A DNA stretch of 64,000 bases from Actinomycetota bacterium (GTDB lineage Bacteria; Actinomycetota; Acidimicrobiia; Acidimicrobiales; SZUA-35). The stretch is taken from the NCBI GenBank assembly GCA_039029735.1, contig JBCCFL010000007.1:96784-160783 (forward strand). The letters are read 5' to 3'. Below, in pieces: positions 1 to 9,920 of the stretch. Position numbers and translations under genes: made by a program. Numbering within the stretch: the stretch's first letter is position 1; the number at the start of each line of letters is the position of its first letter. Below the pieces are notes generated by a model. That model was not told where the DNA came from and did not search any database. It was given only the letters and a program-made list of their open reading frames with translations.

Positions 1-1
1 G

Positions 2-982
2 CTGCCCGAGGTGTGGCGCCACGTGACGGGCGGGCCCGAGCGCGACGTCGACACGTTCCAGCAGGAGCTGCTGTGGCAGGAGTACGCCCGACACTGGTAC
101 GCCCGGCTCGGCACTGCCACCGCCGTCGGCACCAAGGCCGAGCTCGCCGCGGTCGGTCCCGGAGAGTGGGAGCGGGACCTGCCCTGCCTCGATCTCGTGG
201 TCGGCGAACTCGAACGGGACGGCTGGCTTGTCAATCAGACCCGGATGTGGCTGGCCAGTCACTGGACGATCCGCACGGGCGGCCGCTGGCAGGACGGTGA
301 GGACCACTTCTTCCGCCACCTGCTCGACGGCTCCCGGGCCGCCAACCGCCTCGGCTGGCAGTGGACCACCGGCGTCGGCTCGTCGAAGCCCTACGGGTTC
401 AGCCGCTGGCAGGTCGAGAAGCGGGCGCCCGGACTCTGCGCCGACTGCCCCCATCGCCACCGCTGCCCGATCGAGGACTGGCCCGACGAACCCGAGCGCC
501 TCCCGGTCGACCAGCCCGCTGCACTCCGCACCGACCCCGACCCCGAGGCCACCGCAGGACCGCCAACCCCGGTCGGTGCTGGCCTCGGAGAGATCGTGTG
601 GCTCACCGCCGAGTCGCTCGGCCGTGACGATCCGGCGTTGGCCACTGACGTGGACCGACCAGCGGTGTTCGTGTTCGACGAGCCGCTCCTGGCCCGCCTG
701 CAGTTGTCGGCGAAACGGCTCGTGTTCCTGACCGAGACGCTGGCCGAGCTCGCACTCGACCGTCCGCTGGAGCTCCACCTCGGACGGCCCACTGAGGTGC
801 TCGGCGGGCGGCCGCTGGCGGCGACGGTGGCACCGGTTCCGGGCTTTCGCCGCCGGGCGGCTCAGCTCGACGTGGTGGAGCAGCATCCGTGGCCGTGGCT
901 CGTTCGGCCCTTCGGAGGGTCGGTCGCTTCGTTCAGTGCGTGGCGACGTGGAGCGACACGGCATATGTCGCTCCCTCGATGA
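2..982 (+). CDS. Cryptochrome/photolyase-family flavoprotein, 5' end outside window, with extra C-terminal domain
   Basis: Frame open from window edge to TGA 980-982. Motifs WLVNQTRMWLASHW and LLDGSRAANRLGWQWTTG fit the photolyase FAD-binding domain. Cys cluster CADCPHRHRC. C-terminal tail IVWLTAESLGRDDPAL..VFVFDEP..KRLVFLTETL resembles a photolyase alpha/beta domain. Confidence 0.75.
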   Translation: MPEVWRHVTGGPERDVDTFQQELLWQEYARHWYARLGTATAVGTKAELAAVGPGEWERDLPCLDLVVGELERDGWLVNQTRMWLASHWTIRTGGRWQDGEDHFFRHLLDGSRAANRLGWQWTTGVGSSKPYGFSRWQVEKRAPGLCADCPHRHRCPIEDWPDEPERLPVDQPAALRTDPDPEATAGPPTPVGAGLGEIVWLTAESLGRDDPALATDVDRPAVFVFDEPLLARLQLSAKRLVFLTETLAELALDRPLELHLGRPTEVLGGRPLAATVAPVPGFRRRAAQLDVVEQHPWPWLVRPFGGSVASFSAWRRGATRHMSLPR

Positions 983-1586
983 ACGGGCTCTGCTCCCAGG
1001 TGGCGTAGCGGCGATCGAAGCTCAGGCCGGCGTTGGCGCACCACCCGTCGTAGGCGTCGAGCCATGATCCGTCGGGCACCTGGCCCCCGGTCACCAGCAC
1101 GCCGCCTGGCCTGAGCTGTCGGGCCAGGTTGGCCACCGCTGCCGCCTCGCGCCCTGGCACTACGAAGGCCAACACGTCGCCTGCCATCACCACCACGTCG
1201 ACCGGCTCGTCGAGCCGCACTTCGGCCAGGTCGGCCACCGCCCACGGCAGCTCGGGGGCGTTGCGGCGGGCGTAGGCGATCATGTCGGCGTCGGCATCGA
1301 CGCCGACCGGCTGCCAGCCGCGACGAGCGAGCTCGATCGCCACCCGGCCCGTGCCACAGCCGGCGTCGAGCACCCGTCGCCCCGGCGCGGACGACAGACC
1401 ATCGACGAGGTCGGCCTCGCCGTGCACCGCTGCACCGGCCGCGGCCGCTCGATGCCAACGTTCGTTGTATTCGTCGAGATCCACTCGGCTCCGCCAGGCC
1501 AACCAGCGGGCGCTCTGCTCGATCGCCGACGAGTTCGGATGACCGGACCGCTCGGCGTGATCGGGCGTCGTGGCGCCGTCGCTCAC
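933..1586 (-). CDS. Class I SAM-dependent methyltransferase
   Basis: Motif I VLDAGCGTGRVAIELARRG. GTG start at 1586 forms a GTGA overlap with the stop of the upstream ppx gene. The longer 294-aa ORF N-terminus is Arg/Gly junk overlapping ppx. Confidence 0.8.
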   Translation of the reverse strand: MSDGATTPDHAERSGHPNSSAIEQSARWLAWRSRVDLDEYNERWHRAAAAGAAVHGEADLVDGLSSAPGRRVLDAGCGTGRVAIELARRGWQPVGVDADADMIAYARRNAPELPWAVADLAEVRLDEPVDVVVMAGDVLAFVVPGREAAAVANLARQLRPGGVLVTGGQVPDGSWLDAYDGWCANAGLSFDRRYATWEQSPFIEGATYAVSLHVATH

Positions 1587-3127
1587 CCTGCTGCGGCCAC
1601 CGGTGAACCGACCACCACGTCGGCCTCGAGCACGCCGGCGAGAAGCGCCGAACGTTCCGTGGCCGCTGCGATCTCGACGGCGAGATCGGTGGTCTTGGCC
1701 ACCCGTGGGAGCACGGTGAGCTTCTTGCGCTTCTCGCTGTACTCGGTGGCCACCGACACCACCAGCCCTCGATGGCGGCGATCGAGGCCGATCGCCACCC
1801 GCAGCAGCCCAGCGCACACGCTCACCAGGTACTGGTCGTCGGCCGACAGCGCGGCGAACGGTCGGTGCTTCTGAGTGGGGAGGCTGCGGCGGTGATAGCG
1901 GGCGATCAGGGCCACGAGTTCCACCTCGTGCTCGGTGAAACCGGTGAGCCGTTCGCTGTTACGGATCACGTAGTAGCTGTGCTTGTGATGGCCCGAGTGG
2001 GAGATGAACATGCCGACGTTGTGGAGCAGGCCCGCCACCTCGAGCAGCTCTCGGGCCGAGGGCTCCAGCCCGTGGATGGCCGCCGTCTCGTCGAACAGGG
2101 TGGTGGCGAGATTCGCCGCCGTCACGGCGTGGCCCGAATCGGGATCGAGCTGGCGGGCGAGGCGGAGCGCGTTGGACCGCCGCAGGTCCCGCAGGTGCTC
2201 GGCCCCGGCCGGGAAGCGATCGAAGAGCACGCCTTCGCGCAACGCGTACTCGCTCACGGTCATCTCTTCGAGGCCGAACGCGGCGAAGATCTCGTCGAGC
2301 AGCACGATGCCGCCAACGATGATGTCGGCCCGGCGCTCGTCGAGGCCCTTGATCGCCTTGCGCTCGGCGAGGGTGGAGGTGACCACCCGCTGGGTGGCGG
2401 CCTTCAGCTCGGCGGCGGTGAACGTGAAGCCGTTCAGGTTGCGCACGTCGTCGCGGCGCTCGGCGGCGATGATCTCGGCCACGGTGCTGATGGTGCCGGA
2501 GCTGCCGATGGCGAGCTCGGGTTGCAGCCGCCCAAGATCGCGCGACACACCGTCGAGTGCGCCGCGGAGGTGCGCCCTGAGGGCCAGGCGCGCCTCCATC
2601 GTTGGAGCCTCCTCGCCCATCTCGCCGAGATACTCGGTGGTGAGCCGGATTGCGCCGAGGCGGAGGCTGCGGGGCTCGATGAGCGTTGGCCCGTCGCCGA
2701 CGATGAATTCGGTGCTACCGCCGCCGATGTCGACGATGAGGCAGCGCTGGTCGCCGACCGGGATGGCGTGCACCACGCCGTGGTGGATGAGCCTGGCCTC
2801 TTCGGTGCCGCTCACCACCTCGACGCTGATGCCGAGCTCCCGCTCCACCCGCTCGACGAACTCGGCGCGGTTCTCGGCCTCACGCACGGCGCTGGTCGCA
2901 ACGGCGCGGATGTCGGCGCCCAGACTGTGCGCCACCTCCACCATGCGAGTGAGGGCCTTGACGCCGCGCTCGATCCCGTCGGGCGACAGCCGACGCATGC
3001 CCTCGCCCTGGGAGCCGAGGCGCACCATGTCCTTCTCGGTGGTGACCACCTCGAAGCCCCCTTCGGTGCCCCCACGGGCCACGACGAGGTGGAAGGAGTT
3101 GGTGCCGATATCGATGGCGGCATGCAT
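1583..3127 (-). CDS. ppx: Exopolyphosphatase / guanosine pentaphosphate phosphohydrolase (Ppx/GppA) with C-terminal HD region
   Basis: N-terminus MHAAIDIGTNSFHLVV, DIGGGSTEF, and later HNVGMFISHSGHHKHSYYVI. Start at ATG 3127 (alternative ATG 3145). The rest of the 729-aa ORF upstream is non-coding-like. Confidence 0.85.
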   Translation of the reverse strand: MHAAIDIGTNSFHLVVARGGTEGGFEVVTTEKDMVRLGSQGEGMRRLSPDGIERGVKALTRMVEVAHSLGADIRAVATSAVREAENRAEFVERVERELGISVEVVSGTEEARLIHHGVVHAIPVGDQRCLIVDIGGGSTEFIVGDGPTLIEPRSLRLGAIRLTTEYLGEMGEEAPTMEARLALRAHLRGALDGVSRDLGRLQPELAIGSSGTISTVAEIIAAERRDDVRNLNGFTFTAAELKAATQRVVTSTLAERKAIKGLDERRADIIVGGIVLLDEIFAAFGLEEMTVSEYALREGVLFDRFPAGAEHLRDLRRSNALRLARQLDPDSGHAVTAANLATTLFDETAAIHGLEPSARELLEVAGLLHNVGMFISHSGHHKHSYYVIRNSERLTGFTEHEVELVALIARYHRRSLPTQKHRPFAALSADDQYLVSVCAGLLRVAIGLDRRHRGLVVSVATEYSEKRKKLTVLPRVAKTTDLAVEIAAATERSALLAGVLEADVVVGSPVAAAG

Positions 3128-3226
3128 GTCGCTCACCCTCCCCATCCTGCTGCCGTAGTCTCGGCAGGTGTGGGATGGATCCTCCGCCTCGACGTGCCGG
3201 CACCCATCGCCGAACCACTCACAAGT

Positions 3227-4015
3227 ATGCTCTGGGATCACCACACGACGGGCGTGGCGGAGCTCGAAACTCGCGATCAAGAGAAGAACAGGCAGCCCGC
3301 CGAGCCGGCAACGGTCACGCTGATCGCCGGATTCGACTCCCGTGAGGGCGCCCTCGCAGCTCGCTCGATGGTGCAGCGCCGGGCCGAGACGTTGGGCCAC
3401 GGTGGCGAGCCGCTGACGGTCGACGTGGAGACCGTCGACCCCGACGCCTGGGTGGACCCCGAGCGGCGAGGGGCCGTGACGGTGGCTGACCAGCTTGTCG
3501 ATTTCGACGTCGGCCCGGCGTTCGGGCACGGTGGGCATCCCACAACCCAGCTCGCCATCGACGGGCTCGTGCAGCGGGCCGCCGAGCGGCCCCTCGGGCG
3601 GGTGCTCGACGTGGGAGCAGGCACCGGTGTGCTGGCCCTCGGCGCCGCCATCCTCGGCGCCACCACGGTGGTGGCGGTCGAGAACGACCCGTCGGCCGAG
3701 GCCGTGGCCCGCCGAAACGTCGCGGCCGCCACGACCACCGCAGAGGTCACCGTGGTGCCAAGCCTCGACCACCCCGACGCGGCGGGCCCCTTCGACGTGG
3801 TGGTGTCCAACGTGTTACTCGTCGTCCACCGCGAGATCGGTCGGTCGATCAGCGACCGGGTCGCGTCCGGCGGGGCGTTGATCGTGAGCGGTGCCGTCGA
3901 GGAGCAGGCCGACGAACTGTGCGAGGTCTATGCCAGTGCCGGCCCGCCGCAGCACACGTTCACCAACGACGGCTGGGTCGGTCTGTCCTTCGCCCCAGCC
4001 GCCGAGCGTCGATGA
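3227..4015 (+). CDS. prmA: Ribosomal protein L11 methyltransferase
   Basis: FGHGGHPTTQLAIDGL and VLDVGAGTGVLALGAA motifs. Only the C-terminal third of the 747-aa ORF is coding; the rest is antisense to ppx. Alternative GTG start at 3194. Confidence 0.8.
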   Translation: MLWDHHTTGVAELETRDQEKNRQPAEPATVTLIAGFDSREGALAARSMVQRRAETLGHGGEPLTVDVETVDPDAWVDPERRGAVTVADQLVDFDVGPAFGHGGHPTTQLAIDGLVQRAAERPLGRVLDVGAGTGVLALGAAILGATTVVAVENDPSAEAVARRNVAAATTTAEVTVVPSLDHPDAAGPFDVVVSNVLLVVHREIGRSISDRVASGGALIVSGAVEEQADELCEVYASAGPPQHTFTNDGWVGLSFAPAAERR

Positions 4016-4668
4016 CCGCGCACGTCTGGTACGCCGCCTACGGCTCGAACGTGTGCCGGGACCGGTTCCTCCGCTACCTGCAGGGCGGCACGGTTGCCGG
4101 CCGCACAGCGCCCCAATCCCATCGTGGCGCGCGAGATCGTGAGCCACCGAGCGACGATCGCCCGTTCCGCCTGCCGCTGCCGCTGTTCTTCGCCGGCTCG
4201 TCCCGCAGCTGGAACGGCGGCGCCGTAGCCTTCGTGGACCCCGAGCCAGCACCCGACGCACCGGGCGCCCGAGGCCGGATCTGGCGTGTCACACGCCGGC
4301 AGTTCGACGACGTGTTCCGCCAGGAGAACGGGCTCGACGTGCCCAAGGCGGACGATCCAACGCTGGTCGTCGACTGGAGCCGCCTCGCCGAAGGGAGCCA
4401 CCTCGACGTGACCGACCGCTGGTACGGGCGGGTGATCCACCTTGGCTCAGGGCCCGATGGTGCCCCCGTGGCAACGTTCACCACGGCCGACGCCAACCGT
4501 CTCCCCACCGGACCAGCGGCCGACGCCTACCTGCGTACCATCGGCACCGGGCTGGCCGAGTCGTGGGGCGATGACCCAGGCACCGCTGCGGCCTACCTCG
4601 CCGCGTGCCCTGGTAACGCCGGTGCCCTCACGGCCTCCGACGTGACCGCGTGGCTGACGGCGCCGTAG
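4012..4668 (+). CDS. Hypothetical protein, gamma-glutamylcyclotransferase/AIG2-like N-terminus
   Basis: Starts MTAHVWYAAYGSNV (YGSN motif of the GGCT fold). ATGA overlap with the prmA stop. High third-position GC. Confidence 0.55.
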   Translation: MTAHVWYAAYGSNVCRDRFLRYLQGGTVAGRTAPQSHRGARDREPPSDDRPFRLPLPLFFAGSSRSWNGGAVAFVDPEPAPDAPGARGRIWRVTRRQFDDVFRQENGLDVPKADDPTLVVDWSRLAEGSHLDVTDRWYGRVIHLGSGPDGAPVATFTTADANRLPTGPAADAYLRTIGTGLAESWGDDPGTAAAYLAACPGNAGALTASDVTAWLTAP

Positions 4669-4678
4669 GGTCGCAGGC

Positions 4679-5644
4679 ATGACCGACCCCTCGCCCTCAT
4701 CGTCACATCGGTTCGACAACCGCATCACCCGGTCACTCGGCATCGAGATCCCCATCGTGCAGGCTCCGATGGGCTGGATCGCCCGATCACAGCTCGCCTC
4801 GGCGGTCTCCAACGCAGGCGGGCTCGGCATCATCGAAACGTCGTCGGGTGAGCTCGACGCAGTGCGGGAGGAGATCCGCAAGATGCGGGACCTCACCGAC
4901 AAGCCGTTCGGGGTGAACGTGGCCCAGGCCTTCGTGCGCGATCCCGGCATCGTCGACTTCGTGATCGACCAGGGGGTGCGGTTCGTGTCGACCTCGGCTG
5001 GTAACCCCCAGGCCTACACAGCTCAGCTGAAGGAGGCAGGCCTCATCGTCTACCACGTGGTGCCCACACTGCGCGGCGCGATGAAGGCGGTGGAAGCCGG
5101 GGTCGACGGTCTGATCGTCGAGGGCGGCGAGGGCGGCGGGTTCAAGAACCCCGACCCGGTGGCCTCGATGGTGTTGCTCCCGCTCGTCCGATCGAAGGTC
5201 GACGTCCCGATCGTGGCGGCTGGCGGGTTCGTGGACGGCTCCACCATGGCCGCCGCGTTCGCCCTCGGGGCCGAGGCCGTTCAGATGGGAACGCGGATGG
5301 TGTCGGCGGCCGAGAGCCCGGTGCACGACAACTGGAAGAAGTCGATCACGGCCGCGGCCGAGACCGACACCGTGTTCCTCAACCAGCGCCATTCCCCTGC
5401 GCTGCGAGCACTGAAGACCGATCGCAGTTCGGGCCTTCAGTACGCCGAGCACAACGTGTTCGGCGACTTCGGCTCACCCCAGGACCTCTACTTCGGCGGC
5501 GACATGGAAGCGGCGATCGCCCTCACGGGCCAGGTTGCAGGCCGTATCGACGACGTCGAGCCGGTGGCCGACATCATCGGCCGCTGCGCCGAAGAGTTCT
5601 TCGCCGTGGTGGACGGTCTCGCCACCGACTACGTGCGAGGCTGA
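4679..5644 (+). CDS. Nitronate monooxygenase (NMO / 2-nitropropane dioxygenase family)
   Basis: IPIVQAPMGWIARSQLASAVSNAGGLGIIE and the later VAAGGFVDG motif are typical of the NMO/FabK-like TIM-barrel flavoenzymes. Confidence 0.8.
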   Translation: MTDPSPSSSHRFDNRITRSLGIEIPIVQAPMGWIARSQLASAVSNAGGLGIIETSSGELDAVREEIRKMRDLTDKPFGVNVAQAFVRDPGIVDFVIDQGVRFVSTSAGNPQAYTAQLKEAGLIVYHVVPTLRGAMKAVEAGVDGLIVEGGEGGGFKNPDPVASMVLLPLVRSKVDVPIVAAGGFVDGSTMAAAFALGAEAVQMGTRMVSAAESPVHDNWKKSITAAAETDTVFLNQRHSPALRALKTDRSSGLQYAEHNVFGDFGSPQDLYFGGDMEAAIALTGQVAGRIDDVEPVADIIGRCAEEFFAVVDGLATDYVRG

Positions 5645-5650
5645 AGGGCC

Positions 5651-6502
5651 ATGGCCAGCCCCACCATCGCTCCGATCGTCTCGCCCGAGTGGCTCCTCGA
5701 TGCGCTCGCCTCGCCCCCGGCCGGCGGTCTGGTGGTGGCCGACGCCCGCTGGTACCTCGACGGGCGTCCGGCCCGACCGGCCTTCGAGGCCGAGCACATC
5801 GACGGGGCGGTGTTCGTCGACATGGACGGGGTGCTGGCCGCCCACGCCACGCCGCAGGAGGGGCGCCATCCCCTCCCCAGCCCGGAGGTGTTCGCCACCG
5901 GGCTCGCCGCCGTGGGCATCGGGCCCCACACGACCGTGGTGGCCTATGACGACCTGGAAGGTCGAACGGCGGGCCGGCTGGCCTGGATGCTACGCATTCT
6001 CGGATCCGAGGCGGCCCTACTCGACGGAGGCTTGGGGGCCTGGACCGGGCCCCGAGCCAGTGGCCCCAGCCCCGACCCGACCGAACCCGTCGAGCACCCG
6101 GCCCGACCGTGGCCCCACGATGCCATCGTCGACGCCGACGCCATGACGGCCCACATCCGCAACGGTGGGGTGGTGGCTGACGCCCGGGCGCCGGAACGAT
6201 TCCGAGGCGAGACCGAGCCCGTCGATCCCCGGGCCGGTCACGTGCCTGGTGCCATCAACGTGCCGTTCGATGCCAATCTCGGGCCGGACGGCCGGTTCCG
6301 CCCACCCGAGGAACTGGCCGCCCGCTTCACCACCGCGGGGGTCGACGGCGACGCCATCCTCTACTGCGGATCCGGCGTGAGCGCCTGCCACAACGTGCTC
6401 GCAGCCGAAGCCGCCGGTCTGGGCCGGCCCCGCCTGTACGTGGGATCGTGGTCCCAGTGGTCATCCGACCCGGACCGCCTGGTCGCCACCGGCGACGCCT
6501 GA
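5651..6502 (+). CDS. Thiosulfate/3-mercaptopyruvate sulfurtransferase (tandem rhodanese)
   Basis: Two rhodanese domains. Active-site loop YCGSGVSACH. ERFRGETEPVDPRAGHVPGAINVP. Confidence 0.8.
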   Translation: MASPTIAPIVSPEWLLDALASPPAGGLVVADARWYLDGRPARPAFEAEHIDGAVFVDMDGVLAAHATPQEGRHPLPSPEVFATGLAAVGIGPHTTVVAYDDLEGRTAGRLAWMLRILGSEAALLDGGLGAWTGPRASGPSPDPTEPVEHPARPWPHDAIVDADAMTAHIRNGGVVADARAPERFRGETEPVDPRAGHVPGAINVPFDANLGPDGRFRPPEELAARFTTAGVDGDAILYCGSGVSACHNVLAAEAAGLGRPRLYVGSWSQWSSDPDRLVATGDA

Positions 6503-6594
6503 CCACCGGTACGGGCGCCGGGCGCTCAGCCCGTCTCACCTGGTACGATGGCCCCCTGCGGCCGGAGTTGGTGCTTTTCGAGGAGCCCAAGAAC

Positions 6595-7449
6595 ATGGTT
6601 GGTACCCGGACGGTGAGGTCTCGGCACGTGCTCCGAGCGCTCGTGGCTGCCCTGGTACTGCTGGGGGCGTCGCTCGTGAGCCCGTCTGCCGCTCCGGCCC
6701 AGACCTATCAGTCGAGCTGTGCGGCGATGACCGACTCGATCACCCGGTTGTACCTCGCCTACTTCGGGCGGCCGCCAGAGGAGAACGGGTTCCGCTACTG
6801 GGTTGACCAGTACCGGACCGGCCAGATGAGCCTGGCCGAGATCTCCCAGGCGATGGCCACCTCAGGGGAGTTCGGAGACAACCGGAACCTCACCAACCGG
6901 GCGTTCGTGAACTGGATCTACTCCGACGTGCTCGGCCCCGAGATCTCAGTGGCTCGCCAGGACTACTGGGTGCAGGCCATCGACCGTGGCTACCCACGCG
7001 GGTCGGTGATGTTGGCCTTCACCGAGTCGCGGGAGTACGTGGCGAAGACCAATACCCAGAAGCCGCTCGCTGGCTATCTCCGGTGGTACCCGAAGGGCAC
7101 CCACTGGTACTGCAGTGTCGGCACCACCACGGTGCCCGTCGGCCCACTGACCGGCACCGGGGCCAGCAACGAAGTGTGGGCCGACTACTACTTCCAGAAC
7201 AACGGTGCCCAGGGCGATGCGCTCGAACTGTGGACGCTGGAGGGCAACAACCTACGCAATGTTCGGATGGCGTCGATGCCGTTGCAACAGGGCTTCACCG
7301 AATACAACTGGGACGGTGTATTCACCGGCGACGGCAACTATGGCCACTCGATCGAGGTACGGGCCGGTGCCGCCACGTCGTGGATCGTGGTCTTCTACCC
7401 CACATCGATCGGGCCCGACCGGCTCGGCTGGGAGTTGAGAACCGGGTGA
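6595..7449 (+). CDS. Secreted DUF4214 domain protein
   Basis: Signal peptide MVGTRTVRSRHVLRALVAALVLLGASLVSPSAAPA. ITRLYLAYFGRPPEENGFRYWVDQ is the DUF4214 signature. GAGGAG Shine-Dalgarno before ATG 6595. Confidence 0.75.
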   Translation: MVGTRTVRSRHVLRALVAALVLLGASLVSPSAAPAQTYQSSCAAMTDSITRLYLAYFGRPPEENGFRYWVDQYRTGQMSLAEISQAMATSGEFGDNRNLTNRAFVNWIYSDVLGPEISVARQDYWVQAIDRGYPRGSVMLAFTESREYVAKTNTQKPLAGYLRWYPKGTHWYCSVGTTTVPVGPLTGTGASNEVWADYYFQNNGAQGDALELWTLEGNNLRNVRMASMPLQQGFTEYNWDGVFTGDGNYGHSIEVRAGAATSWIVVFYPTSIGPDRLGWELRTG

Positions 7450-8486
7450 CGCATCGGTGGGCCGCCAGCCTGGCGGTGCTGACCGCGTTCGCCGCCGTCG
7501 CCTCGGCCTGTGCTGGTGAGGACGTCACCACGGGGACGGGCCTCGAGGGTTACGCCGTTGTCGACTCCACGTCATCGACCGCCAGCAGCATCGCGGCCGT
7601 GGCCCCCGACAGCACCGAGCCCGACGCGCCGTCGGTGCCAACGCTCGCTTCCAGTACCTCCACCACCGAGGCACCGGCGCCAACGGTGCCCGACGACCAG
7701 CCCACATCGGCCGCCGAGCTGGCTGATGCGCTCTCGGCCGCCGAACTGGCAGTACGCGACACCGACCTCGATCCCGAACAACGGGCAGCGTGGGGGCGAC
7801 GCCAGCAGTGGCTCTACCGCATCCTCGCCGTGCGACCCGAGGCCGAGGTCGACACCGTGCTCGGCGCGGTCGACCCCGAGATCGCCACGGCGGTGGCCAC
7901 CAACTGGCAGGCCCGGGTGGAGCTGAACGTGCTCCTCCTTCAGCACGGCATCCCCGACTACCTGCCGGCGTGGCGGATCGTGGAGCCGGCACCGGCCGAC
8001 GAACTCCTCGCCTACTACCAGGACGCGGGGGCCGCCACCGGAGTGCCGTGGGAGGTGCTGGCCGCCATCAACCTCGTGGAGACCCGAATGGGGCGCATCC
8101 GCGGCATCTCCACTGCCGGCGCCGTCGGGCCGATGCAGTTCCTCCCCACCACCTGGGCCGAGTGCTGCGAGGGCGACCCCACCCAGGATCGCGACGCCAT
8201 CCGGGGCGCCGCTGAGTACCTGATCGACCGGGGTGCCGCCACCGATCTCGACCGTGCGATCTGGGGCTACAACAACTCCGATCGATACGTGGCCGCCGTG
8301 CAGGCCTACGCCTCGGTGCTGGCCGAGAACCCGGAGGCCTACTCGGGCTACCACGCCTGGGAGGTGTACTACCGCTCGTCGGCCGGGCTGCTCCGCTTGC
8401 CGGTCGGATACGAGGAGTTGGAGTCAGTCGATGCCACCCAGTGGTGGGCCGACAATCCCGAACATCGGGTGCTGGGCGCCGACTGA
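7446..8486 (+). CDS. Lipoprotein with lytic transglycosylase (SLT) domain
   Basis: GTGA overlap with the upstream stop. Lipobox LTAFAAVASAC. C-terminal PWEVLAAINLVETRMG..GPMQFLPTTW fits the SLT catalytic region. Confidence 0.75.
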   Translation: MTHRWAASLAVLTAFAAVASACAGEDVTTGTGLEGYAVVDSTSSTASSIAAVAPDSTEPDAPSVPTLASSTSTTEAPAPTVPDDQPTSAAELADALSAAELAVRDTDLDPEQRAAWGRRQQWLYRILAVRPEAEVDTVLGAVDPEIATAVATNWQARVELNVLLLQHGIPDYLPAWRIVEPAPADELLAYYQDAGAATGVPWEVLAAINLVETRMGRIRGISTAGAVGPMQFLPTTWAECCEGDPTQDRDAIRGAAEYLIDRGAATDLDRAIWGYNNSDRYVAAVQAYASVLAENPEAYSGYHAWEVYYRSSAGLLRLPVGYEELESVDATQWWADNPEHRVLGAD

Positions 8487-8513
8487 GCGTCGGCGCCCCG
8501 GACCAAGAGCCGA

Positions 8514-9896
8514 CTACGGGCTCCAGGTGGCGAGGTCGCCAGTGACGATTGGTGTCGGGGCCTCGTCTGAGCCGATCAGATGCACCCAGACCGACGGCGC
8601 CAACGCCTCGGGGTCGACGCGCCCGGCGTAGGCGAAGGCGCTGCTGTCGGGCGACCAGCGGTGCAACGACTGGGTGTACTGCTCGAAGAACGGTAGGTAC
8701 GCCTGGGCCACCTTCTGGCTCGGATAGTGGGGCGGGACCTGTGACGCCTCGACCCCGTTCCAGAAGTTCCACTGGGCTCGGATCGGCAGATTGGCGAAGT
8801 CGACGTCGAGGAACGCCAGCTGCTGGGAGTCGGGTGACCACTCCCAGGTGGCGGGGGCCGAGGCGCTCACCTGCTGCATGCGCCCCGAGCCGAGGTCGAT
8901 CACGTTGAGACCGGCGGGGGTGTTCGCCTCGCCCTGGGCGAGATCGATTGAGGCGAGGCTGAGGCCCGCGTTGGACCCCGGCACGGCGTAGGCCACCCGC
9001 TCGCGGTCGGGGCTGAGCACGAACTGCACGGGGCCATCGGCCTCGACCAGCACCGTGGTGCGGCCCGACAACACGTCGATGAGGGCAAGCCCAGCGTCGG
9101 TCAGGCCGAGGAGCGTGGTGTCGTCCACCCATGCGGGGGCCGTGAAATCACCCGTCTCCTCCACCACGGCCACGGCCGGGATGTCCTCTCCGGGGCCGAT
9201 GTCGAGGGCGGCGTCGATCACGATCATGCGTTCGTTGGTGAGGTGGAGGGCGAGCGTCGGGCTGCGAGGCGCCCACGAGAAGTAGAGCGGAGCCGTGATC
9301 GCCAACGGCGTGGCCGATCCGCCGACGGGGGCCACGCCGAGCTCCACCCCGGGTTCCGACGTGCCGTCGCGGAGGTAGGCGAGGCCGCTGTCGTTGAACG
9401 TCCACTGGAGGTAGTAGGCCGTCGGCCCGGGCAGCGGCACCGTGGTCTCGCCGGCGCTGGCCGGATCGAGCACCACCAGCTCGTGCCCCTCGGCCGACGT
9501 TCGACTCCAGGCCAAGCGGGCACCGCTGTTCGACCACACGGGCTGGGTGGCAGCCACCCCGGGCTCACTGCCATCGAGTTCGATTGCGTTGGCGCCGTCG
9601 GGGTCCACCAGCACGAGCGCAGATCCACGTCCGACGGCGAGCTGGCCCGGCAGGGCGGCGAGGGCGTCGAGCCGTTCCTGCGACGGGGGCGGCGTGGTGG
9701 TGGGGGGTGAGGTGGGCCCGGTCGCCGGCGTCGTCGTGGTGGTGGGCGTGTCGGTGGTGGACGACGTGGACGACTCAGACGGTTCGCTGCACGCGGCGGC
9801 GATCAGCATCATCACGGCGAGCAGCGCCAGCATCCCCCGACGAGCGGGGCGAGGCGAGGCAGCCGGCGGCACGAAGGGCGGGACGGAGTCGATCAC
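8514..9896 (-). CDS. Lipoprotein with TolB-like PD40 beta-propeller repeats
   Basis: Lipobox LIAAACSE, Thr/Pro-rich linker, repeated WSPDS/LSPDR motifs (WSPDSQQLAF, WSPDSSAFAY, LSPDRERVAY). Confidence 0.7.
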   Translation of the reverse strand: MIDSVPPFVPPAASPRPARRGMLALLAVMMLIAAACSEPSESSTSSTTDTPTTTTTPATGPTSPPTTTPPPSQERLDALAALPGQLAVGRGSALVLVDPDGANAIELDGSEPGVAATQPVWSNSGARLAWSRTSAEGHELVVLDPASAGETTVPLPGPTAYYLQWTFNDSGLAYLRDGTSEPGVELGVAPVGGSATPLAITAPLYFSWAPRSPTLALHLTNERMIVIDAALDIGPGEDIPAVAVVEETGDFTAPAWVDDTTLLGLTDAGLALIDVLSGRTTVLVEADGPVQFVLSPDRERVAYAVPGSNAGLSLASIDLAQGEANTPAGLNVIDLGSGRMQQVSASAPATWEWSPDSQQLAFLDVDFANLPIRAQWNFWNGVEASQVPPHYPSQKVAQAYLPFFEQYTQSLHRWSPDSSAFAYAGRVDPEALAPSVWVHLIGSDEAPTPIVTGDLATWSP

Positions 9897-9920
9897 TCCA
9901 CGCTAGGACGCCCAGCGCGA

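Noticed and set aside
1772-3226. N-terminal 485 aa of the 747-aa plus-strand ORF
   Set aside because: It is antisense to the well-supported ppx/gppA gene. Only the part from about 3194/3227 onward shows PrmA motifs.
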